A DNA stretch of 64,000 bases, taken from Octopus bimaculoides (taxonomy: Eukaryota). Below the pieces are notes generated by a model, which was not told the origin of the DNA, made no database searches, and worked only from the letters and a program-made list of their open reading frames with translations. Below, piece after piece: positions 1-11,817 of the stretch. The position numbers and the translations under genes were made by a program. The first letter of the stretch is position 1; every line of letters begins with the position of its first letter. The DNA lies in assembly GCF_001194135.2 (NCBI RefSeq), contig NC_068981.1, positions 150,723,810 through 150,787,809 of the forward strand, in the 5' to 3' direction.

Positions 1-43
<43 letters not shown>

Positions 44-103
44 GACAGACAGACAGAGACAGACAGACAGAGACAGACAGACAGAGACAGACAGACAGAC
101 AGA
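1..103. repeat. (GA)n/(GACA)n microsatellite
   Basis: Direct reading of the sequence. Confidence 0.95.
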
Positions 104-304
104 TGAGAAGTTAGGTGTAAAAAGCAAGGAGAGAGAACGAAAAAGGATGATCAACAAAATGATGGGGGGACAGGCAGAGAGAAGGATAGACAGAGAGAAA
201 AAGATGGGCAGTAAAAGTGAAAGACAGTGAGAAAGAGAGTAGGAAAAAGAAAGACAAAGTGAAAGTAAAAAAAATGAAGAGGAAAAATCAGTCAGAACAA
301 GAGA

Positions 305-800
305 AAGATAGATCAGCTGGTAGAGAGGCTGACCAGCTGGGTGAAACCTTGACTGGCCAGCAGAGAGACTGACTAGCTGTCAGAGAGACTGACCAGCTAA
401 TGGAGAGTGACCTGCTAATGGAGAGACAGAGCAACTGGCCAGTGGAGAGACTGACTGGCCAGGACAGGACAGAGACTGACCAGCTGAGAGAGAGACCAAC
501 CTGCTAGTGGAGAGACAGAGAAACTGACCAGTGGAGAGACTGACTGGCCTGTCAGCAGAGAGACAGACTGACTGGGAGGTTGACTGACTGGTTGGTGGAG
601 AGACCAACCAGCTGGGAAACAAAGAAACTGACTGACTGGGTGACAGACAGACCAGCCAGGAGACAGACAGACCAGCCAGGAGACAAATAGACCAACTGGG
701 AGAACAAACTGGGAGATAGACAGACCAACCAGAAGACAGACAAATCAACCAGGAGACAGACAGACCAAGTGAGAGACAGACAGTTGGACTAAAAGATTGA
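305..800. repeat. Degenerate minisatellite built from GAGAGACTGACCAGCT/GACAGACCAACCAG-like units
   Basis: Recurring ctgaccagct, gagagactgact and gacagaccagccag units. This array is the source of the low-complexity ORFs 380..847 and 552..743. Confidence 0.8.
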
Positions 801-1105
801 CAGACAGGTTGGAAGTAAGAAATAAACCTACACTTAATAATACACATTCAGAATATAAATGGTTAATAAATAATAAGAAAAATTAATATGAGAAAAAAAA
901 TTTCGGAGGAAACAAACATACGTTGAGATGACAGAAAGACAAAAACAGTGATGCGAGCCATTTTCATTGGAAAATTAATCTTACTTATGTAAAAAACAAT
1001 TTTCATTCTGACAAATGGAATAAAATGTAGTTGCCCAAGACAACGCGATTCCATCATAGTATATGAGGAGGAGCCAAAAATGATATGTCTTCTATGAATT
1101 GCAGG

Positions 1106-1106
<1 letters not shown>

Positions 1107-1148
<42 letters not shown>

Positions 1149-1158
1149 NNNNNNNNNN

Positions 1159-1200
<42 letters not shown>

Positions 1201-1330
1201 TGCGCATGCATGAAGATGTGTTTGTGTGTGTGTGTGTGTGTGCATGTGTGTGTGAAGATGTGTTTGTGTGTGTGTGTGTGTGTGCGCGCATGCATGTGTG
1301 TGTGTGTGAAGCTGTGTGTGTGTGTGTGTA
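1107..1330. repeat. Compound (TG)n microsatellite spanning a gap
   Basis: Direct reading of the sequence. Confidence 0.95.
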
Positions 1331-1920
1331 AGCTGATGTGGAACAAGTCTTAGGCACCTGAAAGAAAGTGTTCAAGGTCAGGACATTTTTAAGTGCTATA
1401 TTTAACACATGAAAACTGAGCAGCAGTAGCAGCAGTAGCAACATTATTAGTTGCAGTTGAAACAGCAATAATAGTATCAATATCAGCAGCAGTAAAGACT
1501 GAGAACACTTTGCCAATATGGCAGCTAAAGTAACAGTTTAAACACCAGCATTGATCTCCTAACTCAGGAGAACTTCATCCTGGAATCTAATTTCACCAGA
1601 AATTCTTCCTATTTTCTTTATCAGCTTTGGAATACTTGCACATAAGCAACAGCATGAGAGAGAGACAGTGACAGAGAGAGAGAGGCAGAGAGACAGAGAC
1701 AGTGAGAGAGAGGCAGACACACAGACAGAGGGGGAGGAAGAAATGAGTGTGAGGGAAAGATGAGAAAAGGACACACAATATGAAAATCAGAGATTATTAA
1801 CAAGAGCCATATCAATAAAGCAGGGATACAGCTTCTTCCATGTATGTACATATACATATTCACATATATGCATGGTAAACAGACATTAAATGATGATGAT
1901 TATATATATATATTTTTTTT

Positions 1921-2250
1921 TTACTTCTTTCAGTCAGTTGACTGTGGCCATACTGGAGCACCACCTTGAAAGGTTCTAGTCGAGTAAATCGACCCCAGGA
2001 CTTAGTTTTTAAGCTTAGCACTTATCCTATCAGTCTCTTTTGTGGAATTGCTCAGTTACCAGTTGTCAAGTGGTAATGAGGGGACAAACACAGACTCAAA
2101 CGCACACACACATATATATGACAGGATTCTTTCCATTTCTGTTTACGAAATCCACTCACAAAACTTTGGTCAGCCCGTGACTATAATACAAGACACTTGT
2201 CCAAATTGCCACGTAGTGGGACTGAACCCAGAAACATGTGGTTAGAAAGG
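1921..2250 (-). mobile_element. tRNA-derived SINE family A (CORE-like ccttgggcaagt motif), diverged copy
   Basis: Reverse complement of the family exemplified by 32489-32883. Confidence 0.85.
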
Positions 2251-2291
2251 TGTGGGTGTGTGTATGTGTATATATATATATGTATATATGT

Positions 2292-2490
2292 GGGAGAATT
2301 TACGCTAAAAACAACAGACGAAGACAGGTGGTGTAAACAACAAATGGATGTATTAGTTTAACGCTCGGGAATAGAGAAAGTCTCTGACGTTTTGAGCCTA
2401 CGCTCTTCAACTGAAAGGAACACAGAAAGAAATAAGGAGAGAAACAAGGAGAAAAAATATATAAATGTAGTGGTCAGCGATCTATCATAA
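2292..2490 (-). mobile_element. Penelope-like element pLTR remnant with a degenerate hammerhead-like motif (2380-2418)
   Basis: Minus strand reads CAGUUGAA-GAGC GUAG GCUC-AAAA CGUC: stem II is intact but both core motifs are mutated. Flanked by TA repeats. Confidence 0.5.
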
Positions 2491-2600
2491 TTGGGTACCC
2501 TCCCAGCAGTATACTGGATAGATACTATCCCTTAGTGGGTTGAACCCCCAACCCCTAACTCTCTCACGTTATATATAATATATACATATATATATATATA

Positions 2601-2821
2601 TACTGGAGTAAGCACATAAATGTGAAACAAGGTGGAAAAAAGAGTACTTGAATACCAGAGGTAGAGTAATATGCTTTATTTAAAAGTAGCAGAAATATAA
2701 CAAAAGCTGTTACTCAGAGTTTCCCGTTCCTGTTTGTCAGACAGTTTTGTTAAAAACTGTCCAACGAACAGGAACATGAAACTCTGAGTAACAGCTTTTG
2801 TTATATTTCTACTGCTTTTAA
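2601..2821. mobile_element. Palindromic PLE-pLTR-derived element with two inverted hammerhead arms (copy 1)
   Basis: About 70-bp inverted arms 2679-2748 and 2753-2821, each with an AACTGT-core-stemII-GAAACTCTGAGTAACAG fold. Right end cut by a gap. Confidence 0.8.
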
Positions 2822-3254
2822 NNNNNNNNNNNNNNNNNNNNNNNNNNNNNNNNNNNNNNNNNNNNNNNNNNNNNNNNNNNNNNNNNNNNNNNNNNNNNNN
2901 NNNNNNNNNNNNNNNNNNNNNNNNNNNNNNNNNNNNNNNNNNNNNNNNNNNNNNNNNNNNNNNNNNNNNNNNNNNNNNNNNNNNNNNNNNNNNNNNNNNN
3001 NNNNNNNNNNNNNNNNNNNNNNNNNNNNNNNNNNNNNNNNNNNNNNNNNNNNNNNNNNNNNNNNNNNNNNNNNNNNNNNNNNNNNNNNNNNNNNNNNNNN
3101 NNNNNNNNNNNNNNNNNNNNNNNNNNNNNNNNNNNNNNNNNNNNNNNNNNNNNNNNNNNNNNNNNNNNNNNNNNNNNNNNNNNNNNNNNNNNNNNNNNNN
3201 NNNNNNNNNNNNNNNNNNNNNNNNNNNNNNNNNNNNNNNNNNNNNNNNNNNNNN

Positions 3255-3309
<55 letters not shown>

Positions 3310-3322
3310 GTATGTCTGTATA

Positions 3323-3697
3323 ACTTTTACTTGTTTCAATAATTGGATTGTGTCCATGTTGGGGCACTGTGTTGAGGGATCTTAGTCAACTGAACAGACA
3401 CCAGTACTCATTTTTTAAAGTCTAGTACTTATTCTATTAAGCATTATTTTTGCTGAACCACTAAGTTACAAGAACAGCAGTGGTGGGGGACAAACACAAA
3501 AACACATACACATAGATATATACACAGAGACACGCATACATATAAATATACAAGAGGCTTCCTTTAGTTTCCACGTACCAAATCCACTCACAAGGCTTTG
3601 GTTGACCCAGATCTTCAATAGAAGAGATTTGTTCAAGGTGCTACATGCTGGGACTGAACTCAGAACCATATGGTTGGGGAGAAAACTTCTTACACAC
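3323..3697 (-). mobile_element. SINE family A, diverged copy, followed by a partial + copy at 3701-3850
   Basis: Similarity by eye to 32489-32883. Confidence 0.8.
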
Positions 3698-3860
3698 ACC
3701 CATAATTTAGCAGTTCAGCAAAAGAGACCAACAGAATAAGCACCAGGGTTCAAAACAGAAACAGAAAATAAGTACCAGGGCTGATTAGTTTGACTAAAAT
3801 TCCTGAAGGCAGTGCACCAGCATGGCCAAGTCTAATGACCGAAACAAGAGAAATATATAT

Positions 3861-4072
3861 ACGAGAGCAAGCACATATGTGAAACAAGGTGGAAAAAATA
3901 GTACTCGAATACTGGAGGTAGAGTAATATGGTTTATTAATAAAGCTGCAAAGACATCACAAAAACTGATACTCAGAGTTAAACATAATTGCTCGCCAGAC
4001 AGGTTTTGTCCGACAAATGGGAAACTGAAACTCTGAGTAACAGTTTTTGTGATGTCTTTGCAGCTTATTAAT

Positions 4073-4075
<3 letters not shown>
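3861..4075. mobile_element. Palindromic PLE-pLTR-derived double-hammerhead element (copy 2, different subfamily)
   Basis: Same flank (gcaagcacatatgtgaaacaaggtggaaaaa...) as copy 1. Inverted arms aaagctgcaaagacatcacaaaaactg / cagtttttgtgatgtctttgcagctt. Confidence 0.75.
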
Positions 4076-4115
<40 letters not shown>

Positions 4116-4230
4116 CCACCACAGCAGAAGTGTTAAGGCCATTCCCCTTGATGAAGAGGATTAGCTTGCAAGAGTCAAGTGCCGGTGACACACAAAAAGC
4201 ACTTGTGCAGTACAACATAAAAGTGCTCAT

Positions 4231-4420
4231 GCCAGTGCCATGTTAAAAGCACCCAGCACACACTGTGAAGTGGTTGGCATTAGGATGGGCATCCAACCAT
4301 AGAAACCATACCAAAACAGACTAGAACTAACTTGCTACAGCTCTACATCATGCCAACTCTGGTCAAACCATCCAACTCATGCCAGTATGGAAAATGGATG
4401 TTAAATGAAGATGATGATGA
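4231..4420 (+). mobile_element. RTE-tail repeat family B (ends in (GAT)n), diverged
   Basis: aaaagcaccc...ggttggcattaggatgggcatcc...gatgatgat, matching 12731-13136. Confidence 0.75.
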
Positions 4421-4479
4421 TACACATCCAAGCACATGCACACATATTATCAGGAGCAGCATTTTACATATGTTTTCTA

Positions 4480-4960
4480 TGCTTGTATAGTCTACACAGG
4501 TCTTTTCAAACACAGTAGCTCACCATATGTCCCAGTCCCTTGTCATCTCCAAGATAATCTTTCACAACTTCTCCTTATATGTTCCTTGCTCTTCTTCACC
4601 CATAGGTTCTTTCCACTTGAACTGTTTGGCAATTCTTTACACAATTGTCAACTGCCATACATTGTCTCTTCATGCTCTGTCTTTTATTTTGCACACACTA
4701 TCTGATTTATTTTTATCTCAGCTTTGTCTCTCAGTTCATTTGGGCTCCGTCATTCATGCACCCTTACCTTACACATAAAGCAAAGAATAGCAACTTCATT
4801 TCTCTCAAGTATCTTCCAAATTCAATGTCCATGCAATATCACACCATATACTCGAGCATCATACACTCTGCCTTGCAATCAGAGAGGGAATTCCTTTATT
4901 ATAAACAAAGGTAATAACTTCCTGATGTTTACCACCTTGTTATTATTCTGGCTATGATGC
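4480..4960 (-). mobile_element. Old RTE-clade LINE C-terminal fragment
   Basis: Minus-strand translation is collinear with the 23524-24200 copy (KGIPS, REMK, DNCVKNCQTVQVERTYG, EVVKDYL), with many stops and frameshifts. Confidence 0.65.
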
Positions 4961-5091
4961 TTTCAGAACACCCACCACTAAACTGCTAATTAGGTCACAT
5001 AGCTAACAGGAACACTAAACTATTATTTTTAGAAAAACCCACTAACATCTGTAAGAATTTGTTTCCAGTTCATTTAATTAAAAAAATCTAT

Positions 5092-5265
5092 GGTAAAATC
5101 ACCTTCTCAAGTCATGCTGACTCATAAGGGCTGGTTTCCCGGTTTCCATGGCATATAAATTCCTCACCTGCACAGGACTCCAGTCCATCCCAAGATTACT
5201 CATTTTTGTCAGCTGAGTGGACTGGAGTAACGTCAAATGAAGTGTTTTGCTCAATAAATAGCTTC
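5092..5265 (-). mobile_element. SINE family D (central gctgagtggactggag domain)
   Basis: Matches 23145-23380 and 59760-59940. Confidence 0.75.
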
Positions 5266-5302
5266 TTGGGTATTAGACCAAAGTTCAAGTTTTATTTTTT
5301 TC

Positions 5303-5988
5303 TTAAGTGTATGTATAATACTTATCTAGAATAATTTTACTTAATCTACCCAGATCAGATTGGCCTGAGCAAATTAATCTAACTTTAGGGTTAGAAAAGA
5401 AGTTTCCTTTGTGATCTTTTAAAGTTATCCTAGGCCTCATAGGCACAAAAGGCTCTGTTCTATCATCAAGATCATAATCATTCATAGTTTTCTTAGCTTC
5501 TAAGTTAATGAACCTTAAAACATTTTTACTTGCTACTTTTTAATTACAAGTAATCTCTTTTGTCATTACTTCATGATATTTTAATAAATTCATATCACAT
5601 AAGTTTCTGGTTTTATCAGATTGCACAGTAATTCCATTTTTTCTTCTAAGATTATATACTAAAGACTTTAGCTTCTTTAAATATTCATTCCCACTAGGGG
5701 ATATTTAACAAATTTAGTATCTTTGACAATATTCCATAAATCGTTTTCAAAAGCCTCTAAATAGTGGTCTGGTGGTGAAAATTTCTTAGCCTTCAAGTTC
5801 TTTTTAGAAAGTTCAATATCTTCATTATGAGGGTTAATTTCTTGTTCAAAATCCTTATTGTGGTAAAAAGCCTTCCAACGGAGTCTATGAATTAATTCAA
5901 AAGTCTCGTTAATCAGGTCCTTCATGAAATCTTTCTTAGGTGGAATAAGAATGTTTTTTAAAGATAAGTCAATTGGTAATTTCTCCAT
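5303..5988 (-). pseudogene. Decayed Penelope-like element ORF, N-terminal region to start of RT (Naiad/Chlamys-type)
   Basis: MEKLPIDLSLKNILIPP..RLRWKAFY..LEAFENDL, then a frameshift near 5700, SDKTRNL, one TAA stop, and ITLKDHKGNF.SNPKVRLI..QSDLGRLSKIILD. These motifs are characteristic of this PLE clade. Confidence 0.8.
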
Positions 5989-6401
5989 TGATATCAGTGA
6001 AAAAAACAGTATTAATATTACTTAGGTAATATATAAATATATTATTATAAATCAATCCAGGGGAAAAACAACTCTTTGTAGCACTTTCTCATACAGTTTG
6101 GTATAAATACATTAATTTCCTTTCATATCATAAAATATTTTTATGAATATAATATGTGAAATTAAATAGAAAAAAAAACTAACATACATCTTTTGACGTA
6201 AACCTTCCATCAAAACCAAGACATTTAAGAAGAAATAAAAATTGAGATATTTGAAGAAATAATCTTCTATGTGAAAGTTCAATATGTATTCTATTAATAG
6301 GGAAAGAGAAAGAAGATCATATAACCTCAGTTCATTTGTTTTGATGTCTCTAGCTTAATCAACCTAATGACAGAGTAAGAATCTGCACAGAAAGTGCTTA
6401 T

Positions 6402-6404
<3 letters not shown>

Positions 6405-6460
<56 letters not shown>
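6405..6460. repeat. (TAC)n microsatellite
   Basis: Direct reading of the sequence. Confidence 0.95.
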
Positions 6461-6680
6461 CTACATCAAATATACGAGGCTGTTTGGTGACACAAAATTG
6501 TTGCTAATCTTCTAAAGTATCCTTTAATGATCTCTTTATCACTGATTTTTAGATGATGTCACTTACACTGGTTGCAGAAAAAGTCAAAGAGTGAAATTTA
6601 TTTTACTCTCCTTTGAAAATATTAGGTTTCTTGATTCCTTACCTTGTTCCTATTACTTCAAATAAATGTAATTTACAAGC

Positions 6681-6909
6681 TTAACTCTTTAGCATTCAGA
6701 TTACTCTGTCAAATGTAATGCTTATATATTCATATTGATTTGAATTAATTATGCATTATCTTGTAACCTTGAGATTTCAACGATGTGATAACATATTTTC
6801 ACAATAATGTTGTTAGGTAGGTGTGAGAGGCCAAAGCTGGCCAGTTTACACATAAAATAGACAGAAAATTTGGGATTATATATGGCCAGCTTAAATGCTA
6901 AAGAGTTAA
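6681..6909 (-). mobile_element. piggyBac-type MITE (TTAA target site)
   Basis: TTAA ctctttagcatt ... aatgctaaagag TTAA. Confidence 0.8.
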
Positions 6910-7963
6910 GTCCTTGTAGACAGTGTTTCCTTTTGTTTTTTTCCAAGATGGCAGAGTGGTGGTATGAAGGAAATCTGGCTGCTATTTCACAGCTTAAGAA
7001 TCCACATAGAGACTTTCCATTGTTGGTTTGATTCTAAACAGTAATATTAAATTGAAAATATGAATGGAATGTAGTCTTCGCTCTAAGATAGCAAAGGAAA
7101 ATGATGGGGTGGTTAAAATAATGAAGAATTAACAAGTCATAGGTTTATATCTAACTGCAAGCTTTAGGCAAGAAAATTAATTCACCATCTAAATTAGCTT
7201 AAAACTACATTAAACTACATCATCTGCATCATTAGCCAAAACATCATCTACACTAGCTTAATTACTCTTAGCTGTCAGGAATTAGTGATGAGCTTTTCTA
7301 CAAAAGTTAACTGCAACAGACTTAATGTTCTATTGAAGAGCAAAGTTTTCTGAAATCTATTTCATGTTACTGAAGCCAGCATTGTTATGTCCCAGTGGAT
7401 AAACTCTTGTTATAATTACTTGTAATCAATGAGTTACCCCTACCTCATCGTGAGTCAACCGTAGAAAAGTTACCTCTTTGTGCAACTATTAAAAATGCCT
7501 TGAAATTTAGTTTCTATGTCTTTCTGTTAAGAAATACAAAATTCCAATCTTTTTCACCAGAGTCAGAAGTCTTATAAAATTGGAAGTTCAGTGTTGAGAT
7601 ATTAAGTGATAAAAATTACTCATTCATCAAAGACAAAAACCGAACTATTCATTTTTATTATCATGATCTCTATTATATAATTTCAGTCTTCGGGTAATCA
7701 CCGTTTTCTTTTTTCTTTTTTCTCCTACTTTCTCATATAATGGATCTCTAGACTAAGCTGCTTGCGATTTGAATTTGAACTAACAATTCCTTAATCTATC
7801 ATATTAGCATGTGCTTATGCGATTTTTACTGCCACTTCTGAAACATTTTTGTCTTAACCGCTTTGTTAATACATTTCTCAAGAAATTATATCCGTTTTTA
7901 TTATGCTAGTGTCTGAAACAAATTATCATGGAATTTTGATGGAAAATTTTAAATTAGATCACT

Positions 7964-8188
7964 TTAACCCGTTAGCATTTAAACCGGCCATGTCCAGCCA
8001 AAATATTCTACCTGTTTTATGTTCAAACTTGCCATAACCAGCCTCTCAAACTTACCCTACAACATTCTAAGAATAAACACTCACATCATTGAAATCTCAA
8101 AGCTACAAGATAATGCATGATTAACTGAAAACAATGTGAATAAATAAACAATACAGTTGACAGAATAATCTGAATGCTAAAGGGTTAA
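7964..8188 (+). mobile_element. piggyBac-type MITE (TTAA target site)
   Basis: TTAA cccgttagcatt ... aatgctaaaggg TTAA. Body is the reverse complement of 6681-6909. Confidence 0.85.
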
Positions 8189-8229
8189 AAGGGGAAATTT
8201 GTATCATAAAACAAAGAATAGTTCCAGGT

Positions 8230-9050
8230 AGATATATATCAAAAGGATTATTTACCAAAATTACTTGAAATACTTAAGAGTAAATTTATTTAACAAAATC
8301 ACCATTGGCTTCAACCTCGGCCTCCAGATGACTTTGAAATCTCCTGTAACTCTTATGGTTGGTCTCCTTGTTCAAGATGGTGAATGCTGCCATAATCCTT
8401 GCCCTCACTTCATCTTTGCTGTTACAAGGAGTTTTGTTGGTCTTTTGCTCAACTGCGTCCCACACATGATAATAAAGGGGGTTGCAGTCTGGGGAGTTGG
8501 ATGGCCAGATGTTAAGAGTGATGTGGTCACAGAAATTGCCTGACAGCTGTGACTAGGTTCTCCTACTTGTGTAGCATGGTGCAGAGTCCTGTTGTTAGAC
8601 ACAGGGTCTTCCAGCAGCCATCCTCTTGACCCAGGGCAGCACTACCTCCTCTGGGCACTTGATGTAGGCTTCTGTGATAAGTCTGAGACTGTGTGGAAAG
8701 ATGAATGGGAAGATGAATTGCCATCACTAGTGATCCAAACACCATGATGTTGACTGGATGTTTGATTTTTATCACTCTCGGTACATGTCCTCAAATTGCA
8801 CTGTTCTCAGATTGACACCCAAACACTCTGAAATGTTCATACTGGAGCTTCCAGTGCAAATGCCAAACAGTACAACATGTCATTTCCAAATTTCTGACAG
8901 AGTGAATTGCATCATGGTGCTGTTTTTGTCACAGATGGTGCCCAACCAACTCTACTATACTTTGTAGTCAACAAAATCAAAAACAAACAATGCACATGTG
9001 TGAAATTAAAAATATAAAATGGCAACAATTTACTCATTGCACCCTGTATA
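8230..9050 (-). mobile_element. Internally deleted Tc1/mariner DD37D (maT-like) transposon
   Basis: Terminus TA|cagggtgc at about 9050. ATG at 8915 gives MMQFTLSEIWK..SECLGVNLRTVQ, fused near 8795 to KIKHPVNIMVFG..QQDSAPC..WPSNSPDCNPL(Y)..VEANGDFVK, stop at 8286-8288. 37 residues separate the second and third catalytic positions. Confidence 0.85.
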
Positions 9051-10139
9051 TATGAAAATATAATAGGATGGTCATGGACAGGACGTCTTTTGACCATAGG
9101 TCTGCTGAATTTTACACTAAGGTAAACTACAACACACAAACCAGGAATCATTTCTACAGGTTTTGCTTATGGTTCTAATTGTAGATAGAATCATACTGCA
9201 ATCAATTCTTTTGACAAATTCTCACCCTCACCTATCAATGTGTCAAAGTTTGAAATCATGATCATAAATGACATAAATAGTGATTTTTAACAAAAAAAGG
9301 AAATCTTAAATTTTAGGAAAGGGTATCATCAATAAAGGTCAAACCCAGGACTTGAATGGTACCAACCTCTGATGGATGAAAAGCAACGATTGCTCTCAAT
9401 GAGATTTGAGCAGATAATGTAAAAAAAAAAAAATCAAAACAATTTGTGCAACACTCTAAAAATTCTGCCACTCCAGTACCCTATTATTATTTCCTGTAAG
9501 GCTATTATTTATTCTTCTGTAACATTTCCTAAACAATAACACTTTTGACTAGCAAATAATGTGTGCATGCGTGAGGGCAAGATAGAGAGAAAGGGAGGCC
9601 AAAGGTTAAGTAGGAGTCAAATAGTGATGGCTATTTAAAAGCCTTAGATGAAGACAAGAGAGTTAAAATTAGCTTCTATTTTTTTAAGTAAAATTTGACA
9701 GGCTTCAATCAGAGGCTGTCTTTTTGATGTGAACAAATTATGGAGTTATCACTGCTAAAAGCTGTATCATAATGACTCAGAAAATAAAAGTTGTTTCGTT
9801 ATTGTTTAATCACAGACCAACCCTGATCCAGTAAAACTAAGATCAAAAGCATTCCAATTTTTATCATCCAATCTTTCACTCAGTCATATACTATATCAAG
9901 GATTGCATTATCAACTGTGTCTTTTCTTATAACTGTAACGAGTGATATGAGATAGATCTAGAAGGTTGAGTGACCAAATACAGGCACTCACTGTAACCAG
10001 TTAGAAAACTACATTGAGTAAAATTTATCTTTCTTTATTTAGATTAGTAGTTCTCAACTATGTTTTGCTAATGGACTCCTTTGATTCCTAGTTCACTCTA
10101 CTGAACCTCCATAGCCATTCAATGTTTAAGAGAATCCTA

Positions 10140-10300
10140 TTATCATCATCATCATTTAATGTCTGTTGTCCATGCTGGCATGGGTTGAATGGTTTGACTA
10201 GAGCTGGTAAGCTGAGGGGCTACACCAGACTCCAGTCTGATTTGGCATGGTTTCTACAACTGGATGCCCTTCCGAATGCCAACCATTCTGGGAGTGTAAT
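10140..10300 (-). mobile_element. RTE-tail repeat family B
   Basis: tcatcatcatcatttaatgtc..ccatgctggcatggg..ggatgcccttccgaatgccaacc. Confidence 0.85.
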
Positions 10301-10639
10301 ATATTTTTATAACTAAATATTATTAGGAATTGTATTTAAAAAATATTAAAAAAGATATTTTGTGTATTGTAGGATTTTTACCAGTTTATTGTACATAAAT
10401 TTAAACAACAAAATCTTATATGAACCCCCAAAGGTCATATAGAGCTCAGTCCAGAACCACTGATTTAAATGAATATTCTCAACCACTGTACTTGGCATAT
10501 GTTACATAACATATCAAGGACAGCATTTTCAAATATGTCTTTTCTTATAATTGTAGGGAGTGGTATGAGACAGATTTGTGGATAGTGAGGCTTTGGTTAA
10601 TTAGAAAACCATTTTGTGGTTTTTTAAAATTTATTTTTT

Positions 10640-10810
10640 ATTTAGATAAACATGGTCAACCACTCTGAGTGAACAGGCCTATGGTCAGAAGTATTCCAAA
10701 TGTGACCATCCAGGTCTTCTCGCAACTATTAAATTAAGATGGAAAATTATGATTTGAGGGAAATATAGCTGCTATTTTGAGCAGTTGAAATTACCTTAGT
10801 TGGCTCAGCC
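10640..10810 (+). repeat. Unclassified interspersed family U (ctatgatcaaagg..gatttggctgctatttctagc)
   Basis: Same motif order at 9800, 37110, 39000/39500, 46200, 50610, 54590 and 60385, and in reverse at 47890 and 56420. Confidence 0.6.
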
Positions 10811-11597
10811 TCAAAGGTAAGATTACTTAGTGATGTGCTTATTTGATTCACTCATGAAACCATGACTTGTTAGATTTGCTCTTACAATATGTGATTGCCT
10901 AAATTCGTCTCATCATAGGCTATCAACAAAAATTGGCATAAATACCAAAGTATGAAAATTGGCACAAAGTATCAAGTTGTGTGAACAGTCCATACCTTCA
11001 GGGTTCAGTGATAAATGACAAAATGGCCATCCAGCTGTAAAATTACACATTCCTACAAAGCAAATGTGTGTGTGTGTGTGCATGCACACTCACATGCACA
11101 CATACACATATACACACACACACACCAAAGATTACTAACATACAAACAAAAGCTGTAAACTATCTAAATCAAAGATTTTCAACTATTCTTGGTCTGATAA
11201 GGTGGCAAAAGAGTTAAGGCATTCCATTAGTTTTCAAAGAATTTATTTTTTAAAAAAAAGGTAGAATTAAAATTTTTCTAAAACAGAGATGGTTTCATGC
11301 ATCACATTTTGCTGCAAAAGGTATATCAATGCACTAGTGCAATGGATTTAACTCACTGAAGCTTTTAATATTTTGTCCTCCCTTAAAGATTTGTGATCCA
11401 CATGTGAACCATACATGGCATAAAAGTGTTTTAGTCACACCCCTAATTTAATGTTAAATTTTAGTACAGATTTTTTTTGTTTCATCATTTCAGCTTTGCT
11501 TCATGCAGTTAAAATCAAGTATGGAATAGTGTGACTTATATATGAATAAATAATGGTAGATTGCTTGTGGATGAGTACTTCACAAACTTGTGTACCC

Positions 11598-11817
11598 TTA
11601 ACCCATTAGCATTCAGATTACATCAAATGTAATGTTTACTTATTCACATAGCTTTCAATTAATCATGCAGTATCTTGTAGCTTTCAGATTGTGATGATGT
11701 GATTATTTTTAGAATGACATTGTATGTAGATGTGAGAGACCCGATCTATCTTGCTTGAACATATAGCACGTAAAATATTTAAGCCTGATATGGTCAGTTT
11801 AAAAGCTAAGGTGTTAA
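11598..11817 (-). mobile_element. piggyBac-type MITE, diverged
   Basis: TTAA cccattagcatt ... aagctaaggtg TTAA. Confidence 0.75.

Noticed and set aside
863-1516. 217-aa ORF and overlapping HTHT/CVCV ORFs
   Set aside because: Translation of (CA)n, (CAG)n-like tracts and Ns; no domain signal.
5515-5550. Selenocysteine read-through in the Naiad-type ORF
   Set aside because: The in-frame stop is TAA, not TGA.
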